From: the human T2T-CHM13v2.0 reference genome, Homo sapiens
Assembly: GCF_009914755.1 (NCBI RefSeq)
Contig: NC_060942.1
DNA: 64,000 nt
Reading direction: 5' to 3' (one strand)
Shown here: piece after piece, positions 29,831 to 44,574 of the stretch
Layout of the letters: each line of letters begins with the position of its first letter
Position numbering within the stretch: position 1 is the stretch's first letter
Made by a program: the position numbers and the translations under genes
The notes under the pieces: generated by a model
Databases searched by the model: none
Told to the model about the DNA's origin: nothing
What the model saw: the letters and a program-made list of their open reading frames with translations, nothing else

Positions 29831-30412
29831 TGGTTATTTTAAAAATTGTAAAACAAAATTTCAATCTTATCTCTCAAAATTTTAGATTCTTATACATGAT
29901 AATATAGTCTTCCATCCCTTCTTCCTACCTTTGCCGAAAGAAACCATCATTCTGAATCCTACATTTATCATTTTTTCTTCTCTTTTTGACATTTTTATTG
30001 CAGCTAAATGTTTTCCTAAAAATTATGTTTCTAAATTTTAGTTATTTTTATCCTAATTAAAAGAGTTTGAGTATTGTATGTAATTTTTGGAAAATAATGT
30101 TACAGTTTATTGCTAAGTTTCAACCATATTGTTTCATGTTTTGGCCTGATCATTTGCGCTACTCTATAATATTCCACAACTTATTCATCTACTTTCCCAG
30201 CTGATGAATATTTGGGTTGCTTTTGACTTTTGCTGTTGGGCATCATCTTACTGTGACCAACTTTGTACCTGTCTCCTGTTTTCCATGTAAAAGACTTTCT
30301 CAGGTATAAAGGTAGGAGTGAATAGCTGGGTCACTAAAGAGTAGGTAATGTCAAAGTGTTTTCTAAAGTGACTGCCAATTTGTGTTGCCAGGAGCAATAC
30401 ATAAGAAATCCT

Positions 30413-30693
<281 letters not shown>

Positions 30694-31450
30694 TTCTGTG
30701 GGATTATATCCCCTCAAATATTTGATATTGTAAGTTTTCTTAAATTTTCCCCAATTGTACACTATTTTCATTCTGATCTTCATTTGTTTTTCTTGGATTT
30801 CCAATGATGAACATCCCTTCCTATGCTTAGTGGCCATGGGTGTTTCCTTTTCTGTGAAATCTTAGTTCAAGTATTTTGTTTATTATTTGTTTCTTTTGGG
30901 TTATTTGAAATCTTCTGATTTATTCATAAGTGTAATTATGATATGAATTATTTATTCATATGTAATTATTGTTCATTTTATGAATATAATATCCCAGTTT
31001 GCCACACTTTTACCTTTAAAAGTGTCTTTGGTTAAACAAAATTGCCAACTTTAATACAAGCAAATGTATTAATATTTTTCATCAATTATATGTCTTAAGA
31101 AATATTTTCCTATGAAATTATAAATATTTTCTAGTTCTTAATATGATTTAAAGTAAGAATTGTATTTGATCTTTAACTTGTGAATCACCCTTTTATCCAG
31201 CTCCATTGATTGAGTAGGGCCATTCTTTCATTCAGACATACCACTTGTGTCATGTTCCAAAATCCCATTTCTGTGGAACTGTTTGAGTTTTCCCCCCTTT
31301 TCATTGATACATTTGTGCATCACTGCATTACTACTACATGGCCTTATTTATTAGTTTCATAAGAAGTCTTGATAACTTGTAGGACATAAACTACTCCCTG
31401 AATTTGTTTTTCAAAAGTATACTTTTTATAGTTGGCCCTTGACAGTTTCT

Positions 31451-31550
31451 ATGTATGTATGTGTGTGTGTGTGTGTGTATATATATGTGTGTGTGTGTGT
31501 ATAATCACACATATACTATATACACACACATACACACACATACATACACA
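31451..31550. repeat. (TG/TA)n followed by (CA/TA)n microsatellite
   Basis: Visible dinucleotide blocks. Confidence 0.9.
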
Positions 31551-32503
31551 GTCATATGCTGCTTAATGACAGAGATATATTCTGAGCAGTGTGTCCTTAG
31601 GTGATTTCATTGTTGGGTGAACATCCTAGAGTGCCCTTAACACAAACCTAGATGGCATAGCCTGCTACAAACCTAGGCTATATGGTTTCACTTATTGCTT
31701 CCAGGCTATACACCTGTACAGCATGTTACTGTACTGAGTACTGGTAGGCAATTGTGTCACAGTGGTATGTATTTGACATGGTTTGGCTCTGTGTCTCCAC
31801 ACAAATCTCATCTGGAATTGTAATCCCCAGGTGTCAAGGGAGAGACCTGGTGGGACGTGATAGGATCATGGGGGAGGACTTTCCCCATGCTATTCTCATG
31901 ACAGCGAATGAGTTCTCATGGGATCTGATGGTTTAAAAGTATGATACTTCCCCACTTCCTCTCTTTCTCTCCTATTGCTATGTGAGACACACCTTACTTC
32001 CCCTTCGTCTTCCACCATGATGGTAAGTTTCCTGATGGCTTTCCAGCCATGTGGAACTGTGAGTAAATGAAATCTTTTTTCTTTATAAGTTACCCAGTCT
32101 CAGGTAGTTCTTTATAGCAGTGTGAGAATGGACTAATATAGTATTTGTGTATCTAAACAGAAAAGGTACAATTAAAAATATGGTATAAAAGATTAAAAAA
32201 TGGTATACCTGTATAGGGCATTTACGACAAATGCAGGACTGGAAATTGCTCTGGGTGTCAGTGAGTGTGTAGTGAGAGAATCCAAAGGCCTAGAACATTA
32301 CTGCACACTTCTATAGGCTTTATAAACACTGTACAGTTAGACTACATTAAATTTATTTTAAAAAGAATAGTTGTTCTACAATGTTATAATGGCTACACAA
32401 TCACTAAGTGATAGGAATTTTTCAGCTCTATTATTATCTCATGGGACCCTATTGTAAATGCAGTACAAAACTGACCTAAACATCGTTGTTAGGCACATGA
32501 CTG
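31549..32503. mobile_element. Tigger3-family (Tigger3c-like) non-autonomous TcMar transposon
   Basis: TIRs cagtcatatgc... and ...ggcacatgactg; internal 'acacaaacctagatggcatagcct' and 'acctgtacagcatgttactgtactga'. Confidence 0.9.
31774..32140 (+). mobile_element. Solo THE1D/MSTA LTR inside Tigger3
   Basis: tgacatggtttggctctgtgtc...gaatggactaatata. Perfect TSD GTATT at 31769-31773 and 32141-32145. Confidence 0.93.
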
Positions 32504-32789
32504 TGTGTGTATGTGTTTGTCTGTTTATATATTAGGATAAAATCAATATCTAGAATTTTGATTAAATTTGCTTTGACTGTAATAAATAATTTGATGAGAA
32601 TCAACATTTTATGCTATAATTCTAGTGGTTTATATCTCTCTATTAAGGCTTTTAAAAATATCTCATTCATAAAATTATATTATTTTGCCATGTAGGCTAC
32701 TTGCATATTTTTTGTTAGATTCATTCTTATATTCTCTGATACTACTGTATATGGAATACTCTATTTAATTGCATTATATCAGTTGTTTT

Positions 32790-33160
32790 GTTTTTTTAAA
32801 AATTTCTATTTTAAATTCAGGAGTACACGTGCAGGTTTGTTACATAGGTTAACTTGTGTCGTGGGGGTTTGTTGTACAGATTATTTCAGTATTAAGGTAT
32901 TGAGCCTATTACCCATTAGCTGTTTCTCCTGATCCTCTCCCTCCTCCCACCTTCCATCCTCTGAAAGGCCCCAGTGTGTGTTGTTCCCCTCCATGTGTCC
33001 ATCTGTTCTCATCATTTAGCTCCCACTTAGACATGAGAATTTGCAGTATTTGGGTTTCTGTTCCTCTGTTAGTTTGCTAAGGATAATGGCCTCCAGCTCC
33101 ATCCATGTCCCTGCAAAGGACATGCTCTCATTCTTTTTTATGACTACATAGTATTCCATG
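32790..33160 (-). mobile_element. 5'-truncated L1PA13-16 3' end
   Basis: Minus ORF MEYYVVIKKNESMSFAGTWMELEAIILSKLT. 15-bp TSD tatatcagttgtttt / tataccagttgtttt. Confidence 0.92.
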
Positions 33161-34094
33161 TATACCAGTTGTTTTCTGTTGGTACCTGGAAATGCATCTG
33201 ATGTCTGCGTGTTCATCTTATACCAAACCATATTGCTAAATTCTTAAATTGTTTCTAACAATATATTTTTTTCTAATAATTTCTCTTGCCTTTCCTTTGG
33301 GTTTTTCATATAAAGATCATATTGTCAACAAATAATGAGTTTTATTTTGCCCTCCCAAAGCTCTAGTCTCTTATTTTCTGGTCCCTTTGTTCTGGGTGTT
33401 ATCACCAATACAAAGTTGAATAGAAGTGAGGACAGTGGGTATCCTTGATTTGTACCTGATTTTAAAATAAATGCCTTAAACATTTTCTCTTTCAGTCCAA
33501 ATTTTTTTAATAGGTAATCTTTGTCAGGTTAATGAATTTACTTCATGTACCCGACTTATTAAGTGCTTTTTATCATGAATAGGTGTTGAATTATATCAAA
33601 TGCTTTTTTTGTTACCTACTGCATATAGTATTGCTGTGGAAAAATTTGAAATCAATCTCATTCTTATTCTTTTATATGTGAGATGTTCTTTTCTGTGGAT
33701 TTTAGAGTTTGTTTTTCTTTTATAATGTCTATAGTTTCAACTTAAAAAAAAATCCCTTCTCCTTAGCATTCTCGGTGCCCTTTCAATCTGAGGTCTTTTA
33801 TTGTCCCCCTTCCCCCAATTGGGGAATTTATCTTCAATATTTCTTCAAGTTTCTTCTCACCTTCATGTATACTTTTGTCTCTTTCTTGGAGTCCTATAAT
33901 TTAGATATTATTTTTACTTTTCATTTCTTTTTTATTTGAACTTTCATGTCTTTTTTATTTTCTTTGAACTTTTTATACTTTACTTCTTCCTTTTGCAAGA
34001 TTTCCTAAATCTGGTTTTCCAGTTTATTAACTCATTCTTCAGCTGTATCATTTTGCTACTTATATAATCACATATTACCTTAATAATGGTATGT

Positions 34095-34340
34095 ATATAA
34101 AATCACTGTCAGTGTCATACAACAATAAGCATTTATTTTTCAGTCATGTTTCTGGGTCAGCTGGGTGGCACTGTTCCAGGTGCCTCTCATTTTCTTCCTG
34201 GGGCTAGTGGCCTACCCGAGGACATATTCTTCTCATGTTGATAGTAAAAGAGCAAGAGCATAAGCTCCACCATACAAGCATATTTTGAGCCCTGTATTGT
34301 GTCTGAAGACATCATACTAGCCAAAACAAGTCTTGTGTGG
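34095..34340 (-). mobile_element. Old MaLR LTR fragment (MLT1I/J-like)
   Basis: 'caacaataagcatttattt...gggtcagctggg...ttcttctcatg...agagcaagag...acaagcatatttt'. Confidence 0.65.
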
Positions 34341-35936
34341 AGCCACAAGACATTGATCTTTTGTGTCTCTTACTTCAGTCATTACATTTCTCATACATAA
34401 TATTTCTGCTTGGTTCTCTTCCGTCATTTTTATCCCTTCATATTAATAATATCCTTTCACATCCGTCTAATTTGTATATTATGTTAATTTAAAGTTCACA
34501 GTTTACCTGTTGTAATATTGTTGCCTGTTGCAATGTGCATTTTCAGTATGATGCTTTTCTTTTGTGGTGGTTGTGCTCTTGTCATGTTACTTTGTTTTGT
34601 GACCAAGCCCCTGTTTATGTCAGCGCCAAAGAGCTTTGGGGGCAGGGGGTTAATGAACTTCAGGGTGGAGACCCCAAGCACAACAAACAAAGCCAGTCAA
34701 TCCTTAGATTGTGATTCTCTAGCCCTGAAGGTTTAGTGGGAGAAGAGGAGGAGAGAGAAGTGACTAACCTCACCTGCTTTCCTTAGCCCTGCACTCACCC
34801 TTGACCCTTGTACTGCTCTGACTTTACTCCTGATACATATTAATGACTTAAATGACAGATGTAAGGCAGCACATCCACCCAGGTGATACTAATGAACAGG
34901 CAGAGCTGAGAACCACTGCCTCAGAGATTCTGTACAGCTTCTGCTTTGGAATTCTGCTGATCTCCCTTTTCCCTTGCTTGGGCTCTGTGAGGCTTGTGTT
35001 GTACTGAAAATGACCTCAGGTTGCATATCCTGTGCATTCAAGGACTTAGGGCAAGTGACTCTTAAAAATATGATTTCACTAAAAATAATTTTTCTATATC
35101 ATCAATTTCTTATGCATATGTGAAGTGGCATTTCTCCCACTGGAATGATAATGAATAGTGTTGAGATATGATTCAATACAATATGCTAAATAAATAAATT
35201 TGAAAGCTGTTTAGTGTCAACTGTAGATTTGTGTATTTAGGATTCAAGGGACTTCACCTCTACCACTGGTTAAGGTCCTACTGCCATTGCTAATGATTTA
35301 CGGTGACTCATGTACGCTATAAATCAGTTTGGTCTCTAAATATAAGGAATCCAGTGAGTAGTGGAGGGAACCTTTTTATATTCTTTTTCCAGCTCCTTCA
35401 TTGTAATACCAAATGTCATTGTAAAACAAATGAAATGCCATTCTAAAATATTTATTAGCTTCTTAAAGTGAAATACCAATTGTGCTGCAGAGGGAAGTTT
35501 CATAAAATCTTTTAGACACCACTAACATGATCCTGCTTTTTTGTGCTTTCTGATTATGTAAACCTGGTCTTTGCAGTAAAACATGAGAACACTAATTGAC
35601 ATATTAAATACATGTATCAAAATTATGAGTAGTGTGTACAATGATAGCAGAAATACTGTGTGTTCAAGTCACAGGAAGTCCAGGCTCTGACTTGGTGCTT
35701 GCAGCCTTGTGTGGGGGCAGCTTTCCCCAGAACACTCTTCTGGCGACCTGGACACATAGTATTGGTCTGAAGAGAAAGGCTCCAACACTAATCCTTGTTG
35801 GTGCTATTAACAGATAAAAAATTGAGTTGTTTAACATGAAGATTTTCTGAATTTGGCAACACTGCATTTATATACAGAAACTTTATCCATCAATTTACTC
35901 AATACTATTAACTGAACATTAAAAAATGTGGTGAAG

Positions 35937-36294
<358 letters not shown>

Positions 36295-37195
36295 TTAACT
36301 GCAATGACTGAGAAAGGAGCTCCTTGGTAGTGAAAGATACATAGAGGATGTCCTATATCATAAAGACAGTGTGGCCTAAGTCCAGCGTGTTTCTCTGATC
36401 ATATAATGCCCAATTGACATACAGTACAACTATGGTGTTGAGGAGAAAGATACTCCAAGAGTTCATTAAGCAGCCTAGCATAGGGCAGCAGGAAGTTCAG
36501 GGAAAGCAGAGATGGATTGGGGAAGGATGTGTATGCGTAATTTCCATGAAGACATTTTTTAAATGGATTTTTCTGCCAGAGTCCAGTCAGAAAAATGAAC
36601 ATCATGTTATGCACTTCAAACGCAGGAGACTTAAGATGGGGAAGTCCCAAAAGTGTTGGATAAACCAAAGATTAAAACAGGGCACTCAATGTAACCCAGA
36701 AATAAATATCAGTTCAGAGGGCAAAAGGGAAGAAAGTGGTTTTACCAGAATTCAGAAGCATGCTTGTTGTATTGCCTGTGCCACGTGAGACACTGAGACT
36801 GACTGGCTAGTGTGAGAACCTATAAGGTGGGGGTGTCCTGGGCCAATGCTGGATTCATGGTAAAGGGGCTGTGTGGCCGGTGATAACTGTGGAGAGACTG
36901 CTGCACACACTAGGATTGCAGAGAGATGCAAACACTTCAGCGACACTGTTGGAAGGAGGGAGGTGGGGAGAATGAGCATAAACAGAGGCTTCTTCCTTCT
37001 TCCCTTCAGTCTTTGGGTATTCTACTAGTTCCCAGAAATGACAAAATTCACAGCAAGCCAACAGGCAAGGGAGTCTCTGGGAAACGTAGTTTTCAGACTT
37101 CTAGTGCTAGTGTCGTAGAGCCAATTATATAAGAGGGCATATGGGTTTGAAAGCCAACAGGTACATATTGAAACAACCTACCTTTTTGGCACTAG

Positions 37196-37598
<403 letters not shown>

Positions 37599-38397
37599 TA
37601 TTCTTTATACAGATGATCTAACTTCTGTCTGGACCAAAGGAGTGGATTAAATGGAGATGTAAAATTAATGATCCGTACTGCCTCTTTCAAGTCTTTTATG
37701 GTATTTTTATGGTGCGACTAAATTCATAAGTTTCCCCAAGGGCATAATATTGCTTTGGTTTTACTATTTGGTAGCAATGTGGTGATATCTCAGGGCCATC
37801 CACTTGGTCCTTCTTAGCTTAGGTCATGCAACCAAGGTGAGGATTCCAGCTGCTGCTAAGTGTGTATAACCCATTATACCTTCAGCAACTGTACACATTC
37901 CAGCAGGGTGGGTCTGTGGACCTATTATGAGAAAGACTTGGGCTAAAACTCCATTATTATCTAAACTGTGTAAGTTTCCCCTCTGACAATAAACCACCAT
38001 GACTTTCCCTAGAGATTAGTGTCAGTGCAGAGCAAGTGTTTAGTAAATTCTAAAATCTGGGCCATTCTGTCTACCCAGTGTATAGCTGCTCAAGAATATG
38101 ACACAGGTCCTTTTGAGGAAGCTTAGACAAAGGATTGATAATGGACACCAGTGACAATGTAGCAGGATTCAAACTCAAAAGAAGTCAGCTTCCCCTCCAA
38201 TAAAAGGACTCTGCCTCTGTGAGATGGTCTTGTTCTGATACTGGGTAAAAGACTGTGACCCTCTGTTGTCCTCACTCGAGTTAGTTTCTGCTCACCAGAC
38301 TGGAGACTATCCAATTACACAGGCCAGGTAACAATCCAGTAGGCAGCTCATCTCTCTCTTTCCTGAGTCTATTGGGTACCACCAATGATCCCTGTGA

Positions 38398-38800
38398 GTT
38401 GTGAAAGAAATCAAATATGTTACCACCAAATGTACTTCTTTGACACCCTTTGAGATGGTTATTCATTGAGCCAGCAAACAGAAGTGGCTCTGCAAAGCTG
38501 TCTTTTGTGGGGAGAGTGGCATCTGCAGAGACTCTGCATTGATGCAGCCAGGTCTCCCCTTGTCCAGATCTAGGAAAGATTAACTGAGTCTGATACTCTT
38601 AAAGGTCAGAAAGAAATATTTACCATCCTTTGTCTCTGAGGGCTGCTACCTGTGAGGTTTCAGTTATGTAACAAGGCCACCTTGCTAGCCAGACTTCCTC
38701 TTCTCTTTCTCCCATAACTTGTTTTGCCATGATCAAAGCCCCCATTCACTCTGTAATTTCAAGATGGTATATAAGCTTCTACACCCTGTTAGGTGAAGGG
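38398..38800 (+). mobile_element. ERV1 LTR, MER34A-like, 3'-truncated just after the TATA box
   Basis: 'tacttctttgaca..tttgagatgg...ctgcaaagctgtcttttgtgggg...ctgcattgatgcagccagg'. TATATAAG at 38768-38775. Confidence 0.8.
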
Positions 38801-41029
38801 GAGGTTTTCCCTTGGCCCCTACGGCTGAAACATTCACATTGCCCTTCTGGCTCTATGGCCTACTACGTGCCCACCTCTCAAATCTGTATTACAATGTACT
38901 ATTTAGTTTTTAGCATAATCCTCAGCCCTAAATGCATTCTGACTATAAGATGTGAGGTTTTTATTTGTTTGTTTTAGAGCTACCTTAAACAAACAAACAA
39001 ATGAAAACCCTTACATCTTCACTACTGTAGACATTCTTTGATTTTCTGACCATACCTTGAACTGAGAGTTTAACCTCTGAGTGTATCCTTTTCTTTCCCT
39101 GTATCTTGAGTGCATTTAGAAGTAACTGCCCCACACTGTAGCCCTTTGAATCATCAGTACTAAAAGTTACAGTTAAATGAAGTGGCCACTTGCTTTCCCA
39201 AAGCCTTGTCTTTAGCAGAATTTTGACCTCAAGCTACAAGAGGTGATTAAGTCATTATAATGCCACTTCAAGTCTCAGTTTACTAGATACCTATTTTCTG
39301 CTGCAAATAAGGAGGTCATTCTATGCAAGCTTGAACAGGTCAGCAGATCAATACTGGAATTCAGTTTTGAGTGATTGTTTCCTGGGATCACTACCGGTAC
39401 TGACTGCTATATAAGTCAGGGTCTTTTAAAGGAAATAAAAACCTAGATATTCTGCAAGGAGGTTGCTTAATCAAGAGAATAGCTTAAAAAATATTGGAGG
39501 AGATGAAAAAACAGAAAGTGGGCAGCAAGAGCTTGGTAACAGCAGGAAGCTGTTATTGCCCACAGATCTCAGGGAGGAAAAGGGAGGAGCTGTTGTTATC
39601 AGAGTCGAACACACACATGCTGCATGCTGCAGGGGGTCCTGAATGGGTGCTGAAACTTGTAGGAAGGGGCACCTGACCACAAGGACACCTTAGCCAGTGC
39701 TGGCACCGTGGAGGAGGGGCCTCAGAGGAGTGCCAGCAACACAGCAACTTCCAGAGACCCCGCCCGAGGCACAGGCAGGCAGAGAGAAGTAAAGAGGGAG
39801 GGAGGGAGAAAGGACAAAGATATTTCTCATTTGCTAGCCTTCTGTTTTCCTGCTGCTGCCTCCTATCCAACAGGAGGCCACATCACGAGGACACCGGAGA
39901 AATACTTATGGCTTTCTGGCTTCAGCCTTACTAAGCAGAGAACTGATATGTAGAAGTGAGCTAAGAGACCAGTAAAAACTGGTACAGACAGATTTATATT
40001 GACAAGTGAACAAACAAAAGGTATGAGCATATCTCTATTTGCTGTCATACCTGAAAATGTCCATTATTTGTGTTTTAACCCCAGAATAATTTCTTGGAGC
40101 ATTTTTGATGGAATTATAATGACATAAAGAATACAGAGGAACAATAATTTAAAGATATACATATATCAAATATATGATATCTCTGTATACCCATATCAAA
40201 TATATCTATATAATATATAGATATATATGACAGAAATATATATGTACAACTACAACAAGCTGTGAGAGATCATTTTCCAAATGGTCACATTTTAAATCAT
40301 TTGAACGTGCATTGCCATGGCCACAATGACTGAAGGAACAGGAAATATTCCTAAGTAGTTTTTATTCTCTTTTGAGTGTTACATGTTAGCTGTCCGGAAA
40401 ATGTAGAAGAGTTGTCTACACTCAGACCTTATATAGCATTAAGAACCCATTCAGTCCTCCCTGGTCTTCCTGTGCTGACTGGTTTTATTAGAAGCTGGAT
40501 AATGATCAAGATCACAAGGAAGCCTGCAGGAGGAATAGCATGCCTTTATGCACACATAGGCATAATGACATCAGACACAGAAGGGACCTAGCAAGCCAGC
40601 GTGGACAGTTCTAAAGACCAAAGATATATATTTTTTCTTTTGTAAAAAAAATGAGAAGATCCTTCCAAGAAAGAGGTCCCCCTGACAAAAATAATTCATA
40701 GCTTTAGAAGTGAGAAAGTCATCTATCACTGGAGCAGTGTGGAGCCCTGATGCGTGAGGCAGTCATCCCAAATCATTCCAGGGAAATCATGTACTTTGGA
40801 GGTAACGTACATTGCACATCCATACAGACCTTTGCAGATTGCAGATCATTGCCACTCACATCATGTGTTTTATGGCTTACGACAATCTCGTGGTGTACAC
40901 ATCAGCACTCCCTTTTACAAGATGGGAGCTGTTAAAGAGACTACGTTCATGTCCCAGATCACAGAATGAGAGCATCGGGTATTTACACTTCGTCTTCTGA
41001 CTCAGGCCCATCATGCCAGTGTCCATCTG

Positions 41030-41590
41030 TTCTGCTGATGGTCTCTGCATCTTTGTGCCTTCCTCTGCTGAGTCACTGCCCAGGTCAGGCTGTCTTCATG
41101 CTCTGCCATGGCTACTGCCCAGCTTCCTCACTAATCTCTTCACCTTCAGCTGTGACACCTCCAGTGCTCCAGATGGGGGAAAAATGACTTGGTCGTATTA
41201 CTCACTTGTGTCCTGTTACCTCCAGAAAAAAGGCCCACTCCTTGGTGTGGCTGATACTGGGGTGCAGGTCTGTCCCTACGGGGATTTCTAAGCTGTCTGC
41301 ATTCCCTGCCCTCTAACAGTATGAACGAGCCCTTCCTCCCTGCAAGTGCTGCATACTCTTCCTTGCCTCCTTGTCTGGGATGCCTCTGCCCTCTACTGCC
41401 TCTCTACTGTTTGCCTGGGACATTGGGCTCATTGGATCAGGGTCCATTCAAGGGCTAGTTCCTCTTTGTCATTTCCCTGAAACTCCTATTGGGAGAGTTT
41501 GGGCACTGGTGATCAGTGCCACAGCACTTCTCAGAATGACTCGCTCTGTGTTCCTGGCACTGAATCTTGTTGAAACTCCTTAACTAACTA
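41030..41590 (+). mobile_element. L2 fragment
   Basis: 'gctctgccatggctactgcccagcttcctcactaatctc' and 'ctctgtgttcctggcactgaa'. Confidence 0.5.
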
Positions 41591-41604
41591 TATGATACCA
41601 GGCA

Positions 41605-41905
41605 ATAACAATGACAATGAGGGCTGCCATTTACTGGGTGTAAGTGTTATGTGCACGGTGTGTCCGAAACTGCTCTCTCTGTTTTACATGTTTCCAGCTA
41701 TTTAATTCCCTCAAAGCCTCAAGAGGAAGATAATATTATTACTCTCATTATATGAGTTGTTTCATTTAATCATCAGAGCAGTCTCGCCTGTGGCATAGGT
41801 ACTATTATTCTCCACATGTAACGGAAGAGGAAATATGGGCAGAGAGGTGAATTACTTGCCCAAGGTGACATAGCTGCTGAATGGTGGAGCTGGGCTTGGC
41901 ACGCT
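41605..41905 (-). mobile_element. MIR (partly duplicated)
   Basis: 'ggtactattattctccacatgtaacggaagaggaaatatgggcagagaggtgaattacttgcccaaggtgacatagct'. Confidence 0.8.
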
Positions 41906-44361
41906 TCCTTTAGAATCACGGCCTGCAGAGGTTCTGGTATATTTATTTTCAGGTCTCTAGCACCTACTCAGTAAATGGTTACTGATTTGAATGTAAATTA
42001 GACGGGAATATTTATGACAAAAGTGCCTATTGGGAGACTTTCTCAAGTTAAGACTGGAGAAATAAGAAGACTCTGTGAAGACAAACATACGTTCAGACCC
42101 ACCCAGGATCCGTTTCAGGACATCCACACATGAAACTTTTACATTCCTCATTGGTTATTTGTTGAACTCCTAGTTCCTGGTAATAGAAAGACAGGTTTTA
42201 TAGAAAGGATCATTTGATCTCTCTCAGGAATAGAGTGGCAGCAGTTTATGCTCTATTCTCTGAAGTGCTGCCTTTAATTTATGATAGAATTAGAATGCTT
42301 TCTTGTTAAGGCAACCTCTGTGCTCAGTGTTCTTTGTAAAAGACCATATTTTGAGACTGAATTCTTGATTTCAAGGTCAGGAAGAGGAGATATGGAATGT
42401 CAGGGCATATAGTTCACATGCAAAATTTCATAGAAACTGGAATATCTCTGCCACCTATGAACCCTAGTGATTTTGATTTAGAAACAAATACAGTGAATGC
42501 TGAGAAAAATATAGTCTAATCCCTTGTGAATTGATATTTTGTTGCTTCTATTTTGACTAATTTTCTGGTTGTACTTTTTTCCTGGAGGGCCATAGAAAAA
42601 CAACACATTTGGGAAGCTAGTCATTTGGATATGTTGTTCTGTTAAGAATGACAACCTCATTCCTCTTTTCTAGAAAATCTATGTGGTAGAATGATAAGGA
42701 TACAGTCCTAGAATTGGATGAAGGATGAGTTGTCAAGAAGGATTTGATTTTCAAATACACAGAGGTGATGACTGAGACTAAATCAAGGATGGATTTTCTT
42801 AAAGTGTCAGAGGAGAGTGTTAGATTGATGATTGGATTGGGGGGAACATGCTCAGAGACTGGGACATGGTATAAGGTCAGTGTGTAAATGTGGAGAAAGA
42901 ATTTTGTTTTTGAGGCAGGAAGACTAAGTTGGTGTGTTACATATCAGCTAAGGGAAGCTCTTTGGCAAGGAGAGGGGAGTAAACAGTTTGATGTGCCAAA
43001 AATATTAAGAAGGATGAGGATCGAAAAAAACACCATTTGATTTGGTGAAAAGTTGGACATTCCCTTATTTCCCAGGGCATTGTGGTGGGAAAGTTGCTTT
43101 CTGCTTCTCTCCAGGTAAGCACTAAGGGGCACTTATGATTTAACCTGTCTTTTCCGTATATGGAAAGCATATGATTCATCTAGAGAACGCAATGAATAAT
43201 GAAGTAAGTAAGCTTGTTATAATCAGTGTAGTATCATTGCACTGTTTTCATCAGGGGTTTGATGGTTTTCTCATGTAAAGAAGAGGCAAAAATGAATCAA
43301 GCTAGGAAAGTCACTTTTACACACATGTCGATAATCCCATTAAAAAAGATTGATGAGAAATAAATATGGCGGCACTAGTTCAATTTTGTATACAGAAAAG
43401 TCTCCCAGTACCTTTCCTCATTGATTATGCTTGCAGGTAGAAGAGGCCCAAGCACACCAATGGAGAATTTTGCCATTAAAACACACACACAAAGCTCAAA
43501 GTACTTTGTACCAAAAGCACAAGTAGCTTACATTAACAAGATCATTTGAATAAATCAATGTTTCCAGTCTGCATCACATTGAAAACCATATTTTAGCTGC
43601 TTTAAGGGAATAATAAAAGAAGCAGCTCCTTGTGTTCCTCTCCAGAGTATTCACAGCTAATGAGCAGCTGGAGGCCTTGTTGGAAGTTAATAAACTCATC
43701 TTCAGAGGAGGCAGGCTGTGCTGCACCTTGTTGTGACTGAGCACTCAGGTCTGAGTCATTCATTCTATGGCCACGACTCTGGAAACTGCTTACCCTGTGG
43801 CCTTATCCATTTCGTCCAATTTCCAATTCGTATCAAGTTTATTTAGCTCTCATTATCTCTCCTTGAACTAAAGTTACAAACAATCTACGTCTTTCCTTGT
43901 TAACATGATTATTGTTAATGACAATGAAGAATTTATCAAAATCACATTGTGGATGCTACACCAGGCAATAAAAAGTGGAGAAAAATTTTCTTGAAGGGAC
44001 AGACTTGATAATCCTATAGAACTTTTCTTTTTAAATAAATAATTGGAATACATCTGAATAGCAAATAATTATCCTATTAAAAAGCACAGCTGGCTAGAGA
44101 CAAAAAAGAAAACAATATATGGACTCATGGGAAAATTAACAGTGAATATTGAATTTCCTGAACTTGGTTTCTAAACCGTTTGACATGCTGTTTTCCTTTG
44201 GTCTTCTTGTTTCCCACCTGGGGTTAGTCTTTTCACTGTGTGTAGTGGTTCTCTTTTAATCTTGCAGTTCATCAATTCGGTGGAAATTTGAATTTTATAA
44301 TTATTACAGATTGGGACACAAATCAAAAGTAGGCCAAAAGTGAGAACCTTTCTAACTTTTT

Positions 44362-44574
44362 CCTTGGGCTCAAGCAATTCTCCCACCTCAGCCTCACAAG
44401 TACCTGAGACTACAGGCGTGTACTACCATGCCTGGTTAATTTTAAAATTTTTTAAATAGAGATGGGGTCTCTCTATGTCGTTCAGGTTAGTGTTGACCTC
44501 CTGGCCTCAAGTGATCCTCCGGATTCAGCCCCCTGAGTTGCCAGGATTACAGGTGTGAGCCACTGTGCTCAGCT
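44362..44574 (-). mobile_element. AluJ lacking the 3' part of the right arm and the A-tail
   Basis: Left arm, linker and first part of the right arm only; J-type 'gggctcaagcaattctcccacctcagcc'. Confidence 0.9.

Noticed and set aside
39480-39960. GC-richer purine-rich patch as a CpG-island promoter
   Set aside because: Too few CpGs, no clear core promoter, and the overlapping ORFs are unrecognisable.
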